Shown: one piece after another, positions 28,210 to 38,063 of the stretch
How positions within the stretch are numbered: the first letter of the stretch is position 1
Layout of the letters: each line of letters opens with the position of its first letter
Assembly: GCA_037190965.1 (NCBI GenBank)
Contig: JBBCKI010000024.1
Location: 1-64,000, forward strand
Origin: Chthoniobacteraceae bacterium
Lineage (GTDB): Bacteria; Verrucomicrobiota; Verrucomicrobiia; Chthoniobacterales; Chthoniobacteraceae
DNA: 64,000 nucleotides
Direction: 5' to 3'
Position numbers and translations under genes: made by a program
Notes under the pieces: generated by a model
Seen by the model: the letters and a program-made list of their open reading frames with translations, nothing else
Told to the model about the DNA's origin: nothing
Databases searched by the model: none

Positions 28210-30552
28210 TTACGCCAATCGGGCAAAGCCCGATCGGCCACACCCACAACCCTTGCTTTCTTCAGCGAGACGTCCCGTTTCGATAGCTTTGCCAATCATT
28301 CCCAGCACTTCTCGCGTGGCCTCAAGGTAACGCTCACGATGTTCCTCTCGGTGCGCGAGCATCAGATAACATACTCCAGAGGCCAGAATGCCGCGCTCCC
28401 TCATCAGGCGAACGTAAAGAGCTTGCGCAAGGGAAGTCTCGGCGCCGAGATCAAACCGCATCGTCGGGCTGGCGGGCATTCCTCCCACTGTCCATTGGCA
28501 GACGGGAACTTCCGCCGAGATTTGAAGAAGGGCCTCCTGAAGAGCGGTGCCCCGTTTCCAGATCTCTTCTGCCGCTTGCGTCTTCTGCACTTTCCGGAGC
28601 ACGGCCAACGCCGCCGCCGGTCCGACTCCGTCCGTCCAATAACTGGAGGAGATAAAGCTCGGGTCAGCTGCCGTCATGATGTCGTCGCGCCCGACCACAA
28701 CGCCGAACGGGAATCCATTGCTCATCGCCTTGGCGTAGACCGCCAGATCGGGATCGACGCCGAAGCGCGACAAGGCGCCGGGAAAGCCGTAGCGGAGGCC
28801 GCTGGTAATCTCGTCCACGACAAACACCGCGCCTCTTTTGCGGCAGGCGGCTGCGGCCTTTTGCAGAAAGTCGTCTTGCGGCAGTTGTGAACGCATCGGC
28901 TCCATGACCACGGCCGCGAGATTGCCCTCCAGCTTATCCAGCGCGGCACGGAGAGAGGCGAGATCATTGTAGCGGAAAGGCACCGAGGTGCCCGTCAGCT
29001 CACGCGGAACACCGCGCGGTTCCAACCCGGGAAGCAAATGCCCGTCGAGCATCGTGCCGTCGCCGAGATTCGCGGCAAGATACCAATCGTGCCAGCCGTG
29101 GTAACCGCAGAATGCCACACCGCTTTTCCCTGTTGCCGCACGCGCCGTGCGGACAGCCACGGCCATGGCATCGCCGCCGCCGCGCGAATAGCGAATTTTT
29201 CCCGCCCACGGATGCAGCGCCAGAAGCTCTTCGGCAAGCTGGACTTCCTCGGGATTCAGCAGGGTGCAATAGCTGCCCAGGGAGAGCCGGCGGCGTACCG
29301 CCGCCGTCACGTTGGGATCGGCATATCCCAGCAGCACGGCCCCGATCCCTCCCGCAAAATCGAGATACCGGCTTCCATCCAGACCCCACACTTCACATCC
29401 TGAGCAGCGAGAGAAATAGGAAGGCCAATGGTGGGCTCCGAATTGCTCGGCTCGTTTCGACATCAATCCTGTCCCGCACGAGATCACCTCGCGCGCCCGC
29501 TTCCAGAGCCCGGGCCCTGATTCCACTTCAGGTACCGCTGCTTCGGGAAGATGCCCGCGAAGAAGCCGTAAGGCATTGTTCAGGAAGATGTCATTCACAT
29601 CAGCCCGGTTCAGGCCCATGTCTTCGCAAGCCTCCTGCAGACACAAGAGCGACTCGATTCCAACCAGCGTCATGGCTGTCTCCGCTGCGGGGCGGCTTAC
29701 TTCCGGCAACGAGTCCGGGTGCAACCAGAAGAAGCGTTCCCCGGTGCTGATACAACGGCCCTTCGCTGCATCCACCGCGAAGTCGGACCCGAACAGCACC
29801 CGTCGCGGCCCGAGAATTTCGAGCGCGGCACGGATCGACTCGCATTCCGTCACCGCCGAGGTGTCCACCACCACGTTATCCAGATCAACAAGAGCACCCA
29901 AGCCGCGCCTTGCATGGCGGTAGTTAAAGGAGCGGGCGACGTGGGCCAGCACCAGGCGGCAGCGCGGGTATTTCCGGCACAACCGGCGGAGGCTTGTCTG
30001 GTTGCATTCGTCCTCCATTGCATCGGCGCGGACGATGTGCAGCATCAGGATTCCGCCCCGCTCGTCCAACAGCTTCCACATCCATTCGGGAGCGAACTCT
30101 TCGATGGAAGCATTCATCGTATCGAGTCTTCCCGAATAGACGTGGTAGACCTTTAGCCCACAAAAGCTTCCGCCATTCAACAGCGAGGCGATGGCGTCCA
30201 CGCTATCCTGCGGGGAAACCAGGGCGAGCGCGCGGCTGAGAGAAGATCCGTGCGTCTTTACCTCCCGGGCCACCTCTTCGTTGATGGCATCACGATCTGC
30301 CGTTGCATGAGGCATGCCGAAGTAGAGACCATGAATGCGTCGCGACGGCATGTATCGGGATACCTCCGCCCGATGCTCCGCACAACCCAGTTGCCGCTCA
30401 ATCGGCTCGCGAAGCCACTTCCAGGCATCCGGTCCGAAATGCCTCGGATTGAACGGATGGACATGGATGTCGAAGATTTCCTCCGGCACAAAACTCTCTA
30501 GGCGACTCGCCAGACGGCAATCGGTGTCAGTCAACGTGGGGCAGTATTGCAT
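28210..30552 (-). CDS. Fusion of an amidohydrolase_2 domain and a class III (GSA-mutase-like) aminotransferase
   Basis: N-half: DIHVH, LAHVA, VLFGSDF. C-half: GYHGWHDWY, VVDEITSG, YAKAMSNGFP. Confidence 0.88.
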   Translation of the reverse strand: MQYCPTLTDTDCRLASRLESFVPEEIFDIHVHPFNPRHFGPDAWKWLREPIERQLGCAEHRAEVSRYMPSRRIHGLYFGMPHATADRDAINEEVAREVKTHGSSLSRALALVSPQDSVDAIASLLNGGSFCGLKVYHVYSGRLDTMNASIEEFAPEWMWKLLDERGGILMLHIVRADAMEDECNQTSLRRLCRKYPRCRLVLAHVARSFNYRHARRGLGALVDLDNVVVDTSAVTECESIRAALEILGPRRVLFGSDFAVDAAKGRCISTGERFFWLHPDSLPEVSRPAAETAMTLVGIESLLCLQEACEDMGLNRADVNDIFLNNALRLLRGHLPEAAVPEVESGPGLWKRAREVISCGTGLMSKRAEQFGAHHWPSYFSRCSGCEVWGLDGSRYLDFAGGIGAVLLGYADPNVTAAVRRRLSLGSYCTLLNPEEVQLAEELLALHPWAGKIRYSRGGGDAMAVAVRTARAATGKSGVAFCGYHGWHDWYLAANLGDGTMLDGHLLPGLEPRGVPRELTGTSVPFRYNDLASLRAALDKLEGNLAAVVMEPMRSQLPQDDFLQKAAAACRKRGAVFVVDEITSGLRYGFPGALSRFGVDPDLAVYAKAMSNGFPFGVVVGRDDIMTAADPSFISSSYWTDGVGPAAALAVLRKVQKTQAAEEIWKRGTALQEALLQISAEVPVCQWTVGGMPASPTMRFDLGAETSLAQALYVRLMRERGILASGVCYLMLAHREEHRERYLEATREVLGMIGKAIETGRLAEESKGCGCGRSGFARLA

Positions 30553-30850
30553 GGAGAAGAGGAATGCGGGGTTTATTGAAACGAAACTCGTTTAAAGGAA
30601 CAAAATTCCAGTAATTTGAATACTGGTATTTGATATAGGCGCCGATTTTCGGCAAGCATTTTCTGAATCGAGCCCTGCGGCTCTTTGTGGCTAACCCGCG
30701 TTCAAGCTTTGCAATGATGCGCGATCCTGCGGATTTTCAGGGACTTATGCGGAAGTGATTCTTCGATCGTCAGTGCCAAGCCCTAATTCTTAGAAGAGCT
30801 TTTTTCATACAGCTTCGGCGGCCTCACTTTTTGAAGGAGATTGCCGCATC

Positions 30851-31063
30851 GTGACCGATATCGAAGGCATTTCCCGCGTCGGCACCCTTGACGGGATCAT
30901 CGCCAATAACCACAATCCCGGCATTCCCCGCCAAGTGGACCCCTCGCAGGAAGCTTTTACCGTGCGCGAGACGATGAAGCGGCTGTGGGAGAGCGCGAAA
31001 GCGGCATTTGAACCAGAGGAGAGACTTGTCGGTATTCTTAAACAGGAGGACTTATTTCTATGA
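30851..31063 (+). pseudogene. Probable C-terminal remnant of a type I R-M methyltransferase (HsdM)
   Basis: IEGISRVGTLDGIIANNHNPGIPRQV resembles the HsdM C-terminal pattern SRVVxxxEIxxNDYNLNIxRYV followed by a coiled helix. Confidence 0.5.
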
Positions 31064-32106
31064 TGCTTAAACCAAAAAACATCTGGCTGCACCGCATCTC
31101 GCATCATGCCGAAGTAGCTTATCCGCTAATCGATCGCGGTGTGCTTACGATAGGTTTTTCGGATTTTTGCACCCCTGACTTTCTTGCCAAAACGAGGGCG
31201 AAAGATTGGGCTTACTTTGATAAAGCTTTCGCCACCGAATGGTCTGACAACCCGCGTCCGCGGACCCGCCACAATCTTGCACGCTTCATTGCCGGGATGG
31301 AAGTGGGTGATTGGGTCGTCGTCCCGTCGTGGGGTACCTTTTCGGTCTATCGCATTGAAAGTGATGCAAACTTGATAACAGGGCTGAATATTGAAGGTGT
31401 GAAGGCTTGGGGAGATCGCTCGCTAAGCAGCTCGGAAGCAGGCCTCCATATCGGTGAAAGTCATCTGGATTTGGGGTTTTATCGGCAAGTCTCTGCGGTC
31501 GAAACAAACATTTCCCGCTATGATTTCGCGGACGGCGCGCTCACGGCACGAATGAAGATTCGTACAACCAACGCGGATATCACAGACCTCGCTGGCAGCG
31601 TTGAGAAGGCGATTGGAGCATTCCATGCGAAATGTCCGATCAATCTGCATTCCCAGATTCTTGATGTCTCGCGGGAAGCGGTTTTGAGGCTGATCCAAGA
31701 GCAACTCAATCCAGACAAGTTCGAACGTCTCATCAAATGGTTTTTCGAGGGAGTCGGGGCCACCAATGTCGAGATTCCTGCCAAGAATGCCTCGGGTAAG
31801 GAAGGCGACGCAGACATCGTTGCCACGTTCGACCACATGCGGACTGTTTATTGTGTGCAGGCAAAGCTCCATTCAGGGGAGACAAACAGTTGGGCCGTAC
31901 AGCAGATCAAGGATTTCAAGGCTCAGCAGGATCGAATGGATGACGGCTACACCAAAATTGGCTGGGTTGTCACCTCGGCGCCGTGCTTTTCAACCGAATG
32001 CGTTGAGCTTGCCAAGGAACATTCGATAGGGCTCTTTACCGGCACCGATCTCGCGCGAATGATATTGGAAGCAGGGATTAAAGACCTCGACAAAGCTTTC
32101 CTGTAG
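31060..32106 (+). CDS. Mrr-like (type IV) restriction endonuclease
   Basis: C-terminal Mrr_cat motifs FERLI...DADIVA...VQAK...AVQQ; N-terminal GDWVVVP domain. Confidence 0.85.
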   Translation: MMLKPKNIWLHRISHHAEVAYPLIDRGVLTIGFSDFCTPDFLAKTRAKDWAYFDKAFATEWSDNPRPRTRHNLARFIAGMEVGDWVVVPSWGTFSVYRIESDANLITGLNIEGVKAWGDRSLSSSEAGLHIGESHLDLGFYRQVSAVETNISRYDFADGALTARMKIRTTNADITDLAGSVEKAIGAFHAKCPINLHSQILDVSREAVLRLIQEQLNPDKFERLIKWFFEGVGATNVEIPAKNASGKEGDADIVATFDHMRTVYCVQAKLHSGETNSWAVQQIKDFKAQQDRMDDGYTKIGWVVTSAPCFSTECVELAKEHSIGLFTGTDLARMILEAGIKDLDKAFL

Positions 32107-32162
32107 AGGGCCATGTGAAATGGATCGCCCGAAGAGCGATCAGTCTTCGGACCGAGAGGCAT

Positions 32163-33038
32163 TTACACCATGTCAGACCGTTGCAAACTCGCCGGGCTTT
32201 GACCAATTTGAGCCCGTAGCCAACGACAGAAATGGGCGGTATCCACGAATCCATAAGTCTCGGCCGCCTGCTTGACCATCAGGTGCTGTGTGGTGAGCGC
32301 GCGGCAGACGGCGGTGGTTAGCAACTCGTCACGGTAGGTGTGCAGGCTACGATGCAGATGTCTGCGGGCGAGGCGCTCCAGTTGGGTCCGGCCCAGCCCC
32401 GTCTGTTTCTGCCAGCGCGCGAAGGGAAGCGGCCCGGCGCGGAGATCGGAGTGAATGTCGCGGATTACCCGCTCGATCCGCGAATCCGTCGAGGGAAGAG
32501 TGTTGATGATCGCACCTTGGGTGACGGCGTAGGCAAAGAGCTTGCCGACAAACCGGTAGAGCGCTCCGGTCAGTTCCAGGGTTTGAGTCACTGACGGCGC
32601 GGGGCCGGGAGGGAAACTGGCTTCTTCTTTTGGAGTTTCGGTGATTTCCCCGGCAGTTTCAAGGAGGCCGGGGACGGTCTCCTTGGTGCCGAGGATCGGG
32701 CGGGAGTGGCGGAGGACTGGGAGGTGCTTCCGCCAATGGGCGAGGAAGTTGACGGAGATAATGCGGGTCTCATGCGAGAAGCGTTGCTCCCGCCAAAGAC
32801 CGGAGGGAATCAACACCCACTGGCCGGCGGTGACTGAAAGCGCCTCATTGCGCGTGGTAACAGTGACGCTGCCGCTTTCGATCCACCACCAGGTGTGGCA
32901 AGGCCGGGCTCCCTGTGTATGCGTTCCCGAGGCTTTGACTTGTCCACGGTAAGCGATCACCGGGAGGACGGAAATGGGTTCTACATCCGGCCATCGGAGA
33001 GGCGGCGGGCTTGCCTGGGTGTTCTGAATTGCTGCCAC
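32163..33038 (-). CDS. AraC family transcriptional regulator
   Basis: Cupin-like N-terminus; C-terminal YGFVDTAHFCRW...GQSP. Confidence 0.85.
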   Translation of the reverse strand: MAAIQNTQASPPPLRWPDVEPISVLPVIAYRGQVKASGTHTQGARPCHTWWWIESGSVTVTTRNEALSVTAGQWVLIPSGLWREQRFSHETRIISVNFLAHWRKHLPVLRHSRPILGTKETVPGLLETAGEITETPKEEASFPPGPAPSVTQTLELTGALYRFVGKLFAYAVTQGAIINTLPSTDSRIERVIRDIHSDLRAGPLPFARWQKQTGLGRTQLERLARRHLHRSLHTYRDELLTTAVCRALTTQHLMVKQAAETYGFVDTAHFCRWLRAQIGQSPASLQRSDMV

Positions 33039-33107
33039 GGCGAAAATATACCGTAACTGGTTTCTTTATACAGCAGTTTCCCGTGGGAAATAGACATTCC
33101 GGGGACG

Positions 33108-36002
33108 ATGATATACCGCATGAAATTGCAGCAGATTCCTCTTATGCGTAGGGTGGATGTGGTTATATTCGGTGCGGGGACGGCGGCGGTATCCGCAGCG
33201 CGGGCCGCCCGCCAAGCGGGGAATGCGGTGCTCGTCCTGAGCGACCGCGCCTATCTAGGGGAGGAATCGGCGGGGGCGCTGGAGGTGATGGAGGAGACCA
33301 GGCACGGAGAGTTTCCCGGCAGCGGCATTGAGCCCGGGCGGCCCGGAACGGTTAAGCATGCCCTGGAGATGGCTCTATTGGAGGCAGGCGTCGATTTCCT
33401 TTTCATGGCTAGGCCGGTCGCGCTGCTGCCGGGCCAAGAGGGAGTGATTCACGTCGTCATTGCTTCGCGCACATCGCTGTTGGCGGTAAGCACTGGGCAG
33501 GTACTCGATGCCTCCACGCATGGGTTGCTGCGATCGTTGCCGGGGGTGGAGCGTTTTACCGCGCGGCCCCGGCGTGCGTTGAAGCGGACGGCCGCTTCAG
33601 CCATTCTGTTTGGTAACCTGGCGTGTCCGCCTAAGCTGGATGGCGTGAGGCTCACCCCAGTTGGGCGCACTATTTTATTCACGGACCGCGTCAAACGGGA
33701 CCGCATGGAAGTGCAGGCCTTCCGCGCGCAGTCGGAGGTGGAGCCCTGTGCGCTCACTCCTGAAGGCGCAAAGGCCGAGGCGGAATTTCGCGCTCGTCTT
33801 CTCCATCCCGGCGTTGAACTGCTGGCTGACGCCGTTCGCTGGAAGTTGACGAATACCGCCGAGGAAAATGTCGGGCTTTACGACGATCCGCTGGTTCTGA
33901 CCGCCGCGCAGTATGCCGTTCACCCGCAACTTTGGATCTGCGGACCGGAATTGCCATTGAGCGACGCAGGTCTGGCGACGCTTCATGATTCCGCCATCCT
34001 CGCCGCGCTGGGGCGGCGGCTGGCGGAATTGATGGCAGCGGAAGCACGGCGTCCGGGCGCTGTAAACGGAACCGAGCGGGACAAGGTCATGCCCGGGTTC
34101 GGCAAGATCCGCTTTGTGCCCTCCTTTCTCCGCGAAACAGTAGAGATGCTGGAGCTGGAACTGCCGGAGTTTCCTTTGCTGGATCAGTTCGATGTCGTCG
34201 TGGCAGGCGGTGGAACCGGCGGGGCTCCCGCAGGAATTGCCGCTGCTCGAAGCGGGAAAAGGACGCTGGTGCTGGAGCAGCAGCGGATGCTGGGCGGCGT
34301 CGGAACGGCGGGGACAATCGGGAGCTATTGGTTTGGTAACAAGGTCGGCTTTACGGCGGAGGTGGATAGCTTCCTGCACTCCACGGATCCCACCTATGTT
34401 GACCCGGAGCGCAAGCGCCCGCTCGCGACTTGGAATACGGAATTGAAAGCGGCCTGGTACCTGAGCCAGCTTCAGGCAGCGGGGGGAGAAGTTTGGTTAG
34501 GCAGTTTTGCCTTCGGCGTCGAGATGGACGGGGATTTCGTGGTGGGCGTTCTGGTTTCGACGCCTTTCGGCGCGGGGCTGGTGCGGTGCCGGAGTGTTGT
34601 GGATGCCTCGGGAAATGCTGACATCGCAGCAGCGGCCGGTGCGCCACTCCGCGTGATGGACGCCTTGCACAGCGCGGTGCAGGGGGCGGGGCTTTCGCCC
34701 CGGCGAGTGGGGGCGCATTATGTGAATACGGACTTCACCTTCATCGACGACAATGATCCGTACGGGATTACCTATGCTTACGTTCAGGCCCGGGCCAAAT
34801 TTCCCGAAGAGTTTGATTCCACAACGATCCTGAACACCCGGGAAAGGAGGCAGATCATCGGGCGTATCGAGCTTTCGCCGCTCGATTTTCTAGCCGGGCG
34901 GACGTTCCCCGATGTCATCAATACGGCCAGCAGCAATTTCGATACGCATGGGTTCACGACTCACCCCGTTTTTGCGGTAGTGGCTCCGGATCATGCGCCC
35001 CTCTCCGCGAATGTTCCCTTGCGTTGCCTGATGCCGCAACGGGTAAGGGGGGTGATCGTGACGGGTCTTGGCATGAGTGCTCACCGCGACAGCCTGCCGG
35101 TAATTCGTATGCAGGCGGATGTGCAGAACCAAGGCTACGCCGCCGGGCTGGCCGCGGCGATGGCGACGGATTGTGGCGGGGATTTTGATGCGGTCAACGT
35201 CCGGGTGCTCCAGAGGGAATTGGTCGCGCGGCAGGCGCTCGCCCCGGAGGCATTGGAGTGGGAAGACAGTTTCCCTTTGCCCCGGGAGGAGGTGGTCCGT
35301 TCCGCTGCCATTACGCCAGTCACGCTTTTTTCGGCCGCCATTCTTTTTGCGCACCCGGAGGAGAGCGTCCCTCTCCTGCGAGCCGCCATGCAGCAGCCCG
35401 CTTCAGACCTTCAATACGAGGAAGCCGCGCTGATGCTCGGACTGATGGCCGACGCCAGCGCTGCCTTTGGCCTTGCGGAGCTGATTGCGGCCCGGCCCTG
35501 GGACGAGGGATGGAATTACCGGGGCATGGGGCAATTCGGCATGAGCGCGAGCCGCACTGATGCGCTTATCGTGGCCTTGGGACGGACGCGCTCGGTGGAG
35601 GCCATCCCGGTGCTATTGGAAAAAATGGCGGCGCTTGGGAGTGATGCCGCTTTCTCTCACTGCCGAGCCGTGGCGCTGGCAGCGGGAAGCCTCGGAGCCT
35701 CGGAATACGTTCCCGCTCTGCAGCGGCTCCTTTCTCTGCCGGGAATGCAGGGGCATGCCATCGTCTCCTTCGGCGATGGGGTGCAGGCGGCAAACGGTGA
35801 CCCCGTGGAAACCGCCTCGCGCAACAATTCCCTGAGGGAGCTTTATCTAGCCAAGGGGCTTTACCTCTGCGGCGATTGCGACGGCACGGGCCGCCGTATC
35901 CTGGAAGGGTATAGCCGCGATCTGCGCGGTCCCTTCGCCCGCCATGCCCGGGCGGTTCTGAGTGCCTCAGATTTTGAGCTGCTGCGCCGTAAGAGCATTT
36001 AA
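33108..36002 (+). CDS. FAD-dependent oxidoreductase with two FAD_oxidored-like modules and a HEAT-like C-terminus
   Basis: DVVIFGAG (degenerate) and DVVVAGGGTGG...LGGVGT, VDASGNAD, QGYAAG. Confidence 0.85.
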   Translation: MIYRMKLQQIPLMRRVDVVIFGAGTAAVSAARAARQAGNAVLVLSDRAYLGEESAGALEVMEETRHGEFPGSGIEPGRPGTVKHALEMALLEAGVDFLFMARPVALLPGQEGVIHVVIASRTSLLAVSTGQVLDASTHGLLRSLPGVERFTARPRRALKRTAASAILFGNLACPPKLDGVRLTPVGRTILFTDRVKRDRMEVQAFRAQSEVEPCALTPEGAKAEAEFRARLLHPGVELLADAVRWKLTNTAEENVGLYDDPLVLTAAQYAVHPQLWICGPELPLSDAGLATLHDSAILAALGRRLAELMAAEARRPGAVNGTERDKVMPGFGKIRFVPSFLRETVEMLELELPEFPLLDQFDVVVAGGGTGGAPAGIAAARSGKRTLVLEQQRMLGGVGTAGTIGSYWFGNKVGFTAEVDSFLHSTDPTYVDPERKRPLATWNTELKAAWYLSQLQAAGGEVWLGSFAFGVEMDGDFVVGVLVSTPFGAGLVRCRSVVDASGNADIAAAAGAPLRVMDALHSAVQGAGLSPRRVGAHYVNTDFTFIDDNDPYGITYAYVQARAKFPEEFDSTTILNTRERRQIIGRIELSPLDFLAGRTFPDVINTASSNFDTHGFTTHPVFAVVAPDHAPLSANVPLRCLMPQRVRGVIVTGLGMSAHRDSLPVIRMQADVQNQGYAAGLAAAMATDCGGDFDAVNVRVLQRELVARQALAPEALEWEDSFPLPREEVVRSAAITPVTLFSAAILFAHPEESVPLLRAAMQQPASDLQYEEAALMLGLMADASAAFGLAELIAARPWDEGWNYRGMGQFGMSASRTDALIVALGRTRSVEAIPVLLEKMAALGSDAAFSHCRAVALAAGSLGASEYVPALQRLLSLPGMQGHAIVSFGDGVQAANGDPVETASRNNSLRELYLAKGLYLCGDCDGTGRRILEGYSRDLRGPFARHARAVLSASDFELLRRKSI

Positions 36003-36056
36003 TGCCGGGGAGGGGACTCGAACCCCTACTCCTTGCGGAACCAGATCCTAAGTCTG
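36003..36056 (-). repeat. att site: displaced 3' half of tRNA-Leu(TAG)
   Basis: Reverse complement CAGACTTAGGATCTGGTTCCGCAAGGAGTAGGGGTTCGAGTCCCCTCCCCGGCA. It has no D-arm and no 5' acceptor strand. Confidence 0.93.
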
Positions 36057-36277
36057 ATATGTATCAGCTGATTTTCAGTAGTTTACAGAAAATTCGAGAC
36101 ACGCTGACGTGTCTTGGCTTGTGCGCAAAACTTGAATTTTTGAGGGAGAGGGGGAAACGTAAGTCTTCTTAAGGTGAGGTGAACAGCTTTCGCCACTTCG
36201 AAAGGTTTTAGTCACTCAAGAATTTAGCTCAGAGGTCTGATGGAGATTGGCGAAGCAACTCTCAGTCGCGGGTGCGC

Positions 36278-36306
36278 TTGACATTGTATAAACACTCCTT
36301 CACGAT
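36278..36306 (+). promoter_or_regulatory. Sigma70-like promoter
   Basis: TTGACA-17 bp-CACGAT, 20 nt upstream of the ATG at 36326. Confidence 0.55.
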
Positions 36307-36325
36307 CAAACGACTTTTTACAAAT

Positions 36326-37150
36326 ATGTCGAAGAAACTTTGTTTTATCATATCCCCCATTGGCGAAGAAGGGTCAGAAGTTCGGAAGCGTGCCGACCAA
36401 GTTCTGAGGCATGTGTTAGCGCCAGCGGTTAATGGCTGTGGCTACGAACCAGTTCGTGCTGATACGATTGCGGAGCCCGGCTTGATTACAAGTCAGATTA
36501 TCCAGCACATTGTTGACGATCCCCTCGTCATTGCAGATTTAACCGGGATGAATCCTAACGTCTTCTATGAACTTGCTATCCGGCATGCTATTCGCAGACC
36601 GCTGGTTCAGGTAATTCAGAAAGGCGAAAAAATTCCCTTTGACGTTGCAGGAATGAGGACGATCCCGGTTGATCATCGGGATCTGGACAGCGTCGAAGAA
36701 GCAAAAGGTGAAATTCAAAAACAGATTAAGGCTGTCGAGAGTAAAAAGCCCGCCGATATCGATTCTCCTATCTCAGTATCCGTTGAGATCCAAAGCTTAC
36801 GGCAAAGCGAAAACCCGGAGAAGAGATCATTAGCGGAATTCGTTTCGGCAGTTGCCGATTTACGGTCAGATATTGCCGCAATTGAGAAGCGCATCTCCAG
36901 CCCTGAACGGATACTCCCGGTCGAATATCTTCGCGAGGTGATGCCGATGCTTCGACGAAGGTCAAGGGATAGTGAGATGATTTATAGAGAGCTTACGTCC
37001 TACGCTCGGGAGATGATTGAAGCAATACCAGAAAAGCAACGAGAGGCAGTCAAACCGGCTTTTCTGAGATTCGACAAATTGCTTTGTATGTTGCGCGATG
37101 AATCTTCAGGCTATGAGACAGGAGGGGGGGGGCGAAGCATTTTCGGGTAA
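36326..37150 (+). CDS. Nucleoside 2-deoxyribosyltransferase/TIR-like domain protein with helical C-terminus
   Basis: CFIISPIG, VRAD, VIADLTGMNPNVFYELAIRHA, IPFDV. Confidence 0.75.
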   Translation: MSKKLCFIISPIGEEGSEVRKRADQVLRHVLAPAVNGCGYEPVRADTIAEPGLITSQIIQHIVDDPLVIADLTGMNPNVFYELAIRHAIRRPLVQVIQKGEKIPFDVAGMRTIPVDHRDLDSVEEAKGEIQKQIKAVESKKPADIDSPISVSVEIQSLRQSENPEKRSLAEFVSAVADLRSDIAAIEKRISSPERILPVEYLREVMPMLRRRSRDSEMIYRELTSYAREMIEAIPEKQREAVKPAFLRFDKLLCMLRDESSGYETGGGGRSIFG

Positions 37151-37214
37151 TTCTGTCTTCGGACCTTCCTCGGATGGATATTCAGAGTTGGAGCGAATCA
37201 GTTCATTTAGGCTC

Positions 37215-37859
37215 TCATGCAGCCAATGCTTTCTTGACTCTCTGCACGGTGGATATACCAGTTCCCGTAATCTTAGCCGTATGCCGGATTGATTGCCCTG
37301 CTTTCAATTGGCGCACAATGTCTTTGTGATTTTGCAGGAAGGTATTTCGCTCAAGTTTTGAACCTTTGGGGCGACCAAGTTTCACACCCTTGCGTCGCGC
37401 CTCTGCTAACCCGGAGTTTATCCTTTCCCGGAGAATTTCCACCTCGCTTCGAGCCATTTCAGCGAGGAGGGCAAGCATTACTCCGGCTGCTGGGTTTCTC
37501 CTTCCGTTAGGCAGAAGGGTTTCAATGCCTTGGGCGTGCCAGTAAAGGGACACGCCGCATTCCTCAAGAATCTCGACGAATCGGTGAGTGGTGCTGTTCT
37601 TGCGTGAAAGACGCGAAACTTCGTGGACGAGAATCTTTTTGATCTTTCCAGAAGAAGCAAGCTCTTCAGCGCGCCTCAGCCCGTGGCGGTCTGATTCATC
37701 CGCTCGACCAGAAATAACCTCGCGGCAAATCTCAACAACCTCGTATCCCTTTCGAGTAGCATATTCCCGCAGTTCGGAAATTTGACGGTCGGTTTCCTGT
37801 TTAACGGTCGAAACCCTGACCAAGATTGCAACGGGAACGCTGGGGTGGCTCTTTTCCAT
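37215..37859 (-). CDS. Serine recombinase (resolvase/invertase) with C-terminal HTH
   Basis: ILVRVSTVKQ catalytic Ser motif, EVSRLSR, ERINSGL...GVKLGRP. Confidence 0.93.
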   Translation of the reverse strand: MEKSHPSVPVAILVRVSTVKQETDRQISELREYATRKGYEVVEICREVISGRADESDRHGLRRAEELASSGKIKKILVHEVSRLSRKNSTTHRFVEILEECGVSLYWHAQGIETLLPNGRRNPAAGVMLALLAEMARSEVEILRERINSGLAEARRKGVKLGRPKGSKLERNTFLQNHKDIVRQLKAGQSIRHTAKITGTGISTVQRVKKALAA

Positions 37860-38063
37860 GCCTTCAGAAATGGAGGGATGTATTCGAAAAATCAACTGTT
37901 TTCGTGAATACACTTATTCAGCCATTTCCTGCCAACCGGCTCTCTGTCCGTTCTGAGAAAAATCGGTGAATGTTTTTTTGAACACACTTATCGTTCTTTC
38001 ATTGCAAGTTAGTCCGTGAATGACGATCCCCCCAGAATCAGATTGATCCCATTGCTGAGGAGT

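Noticed and set aside
36003..36056. Second intact tRNA-Leu gene
   Set aside because: It lacks the D-arm and 5' acceptor strand; it is an att fragment.
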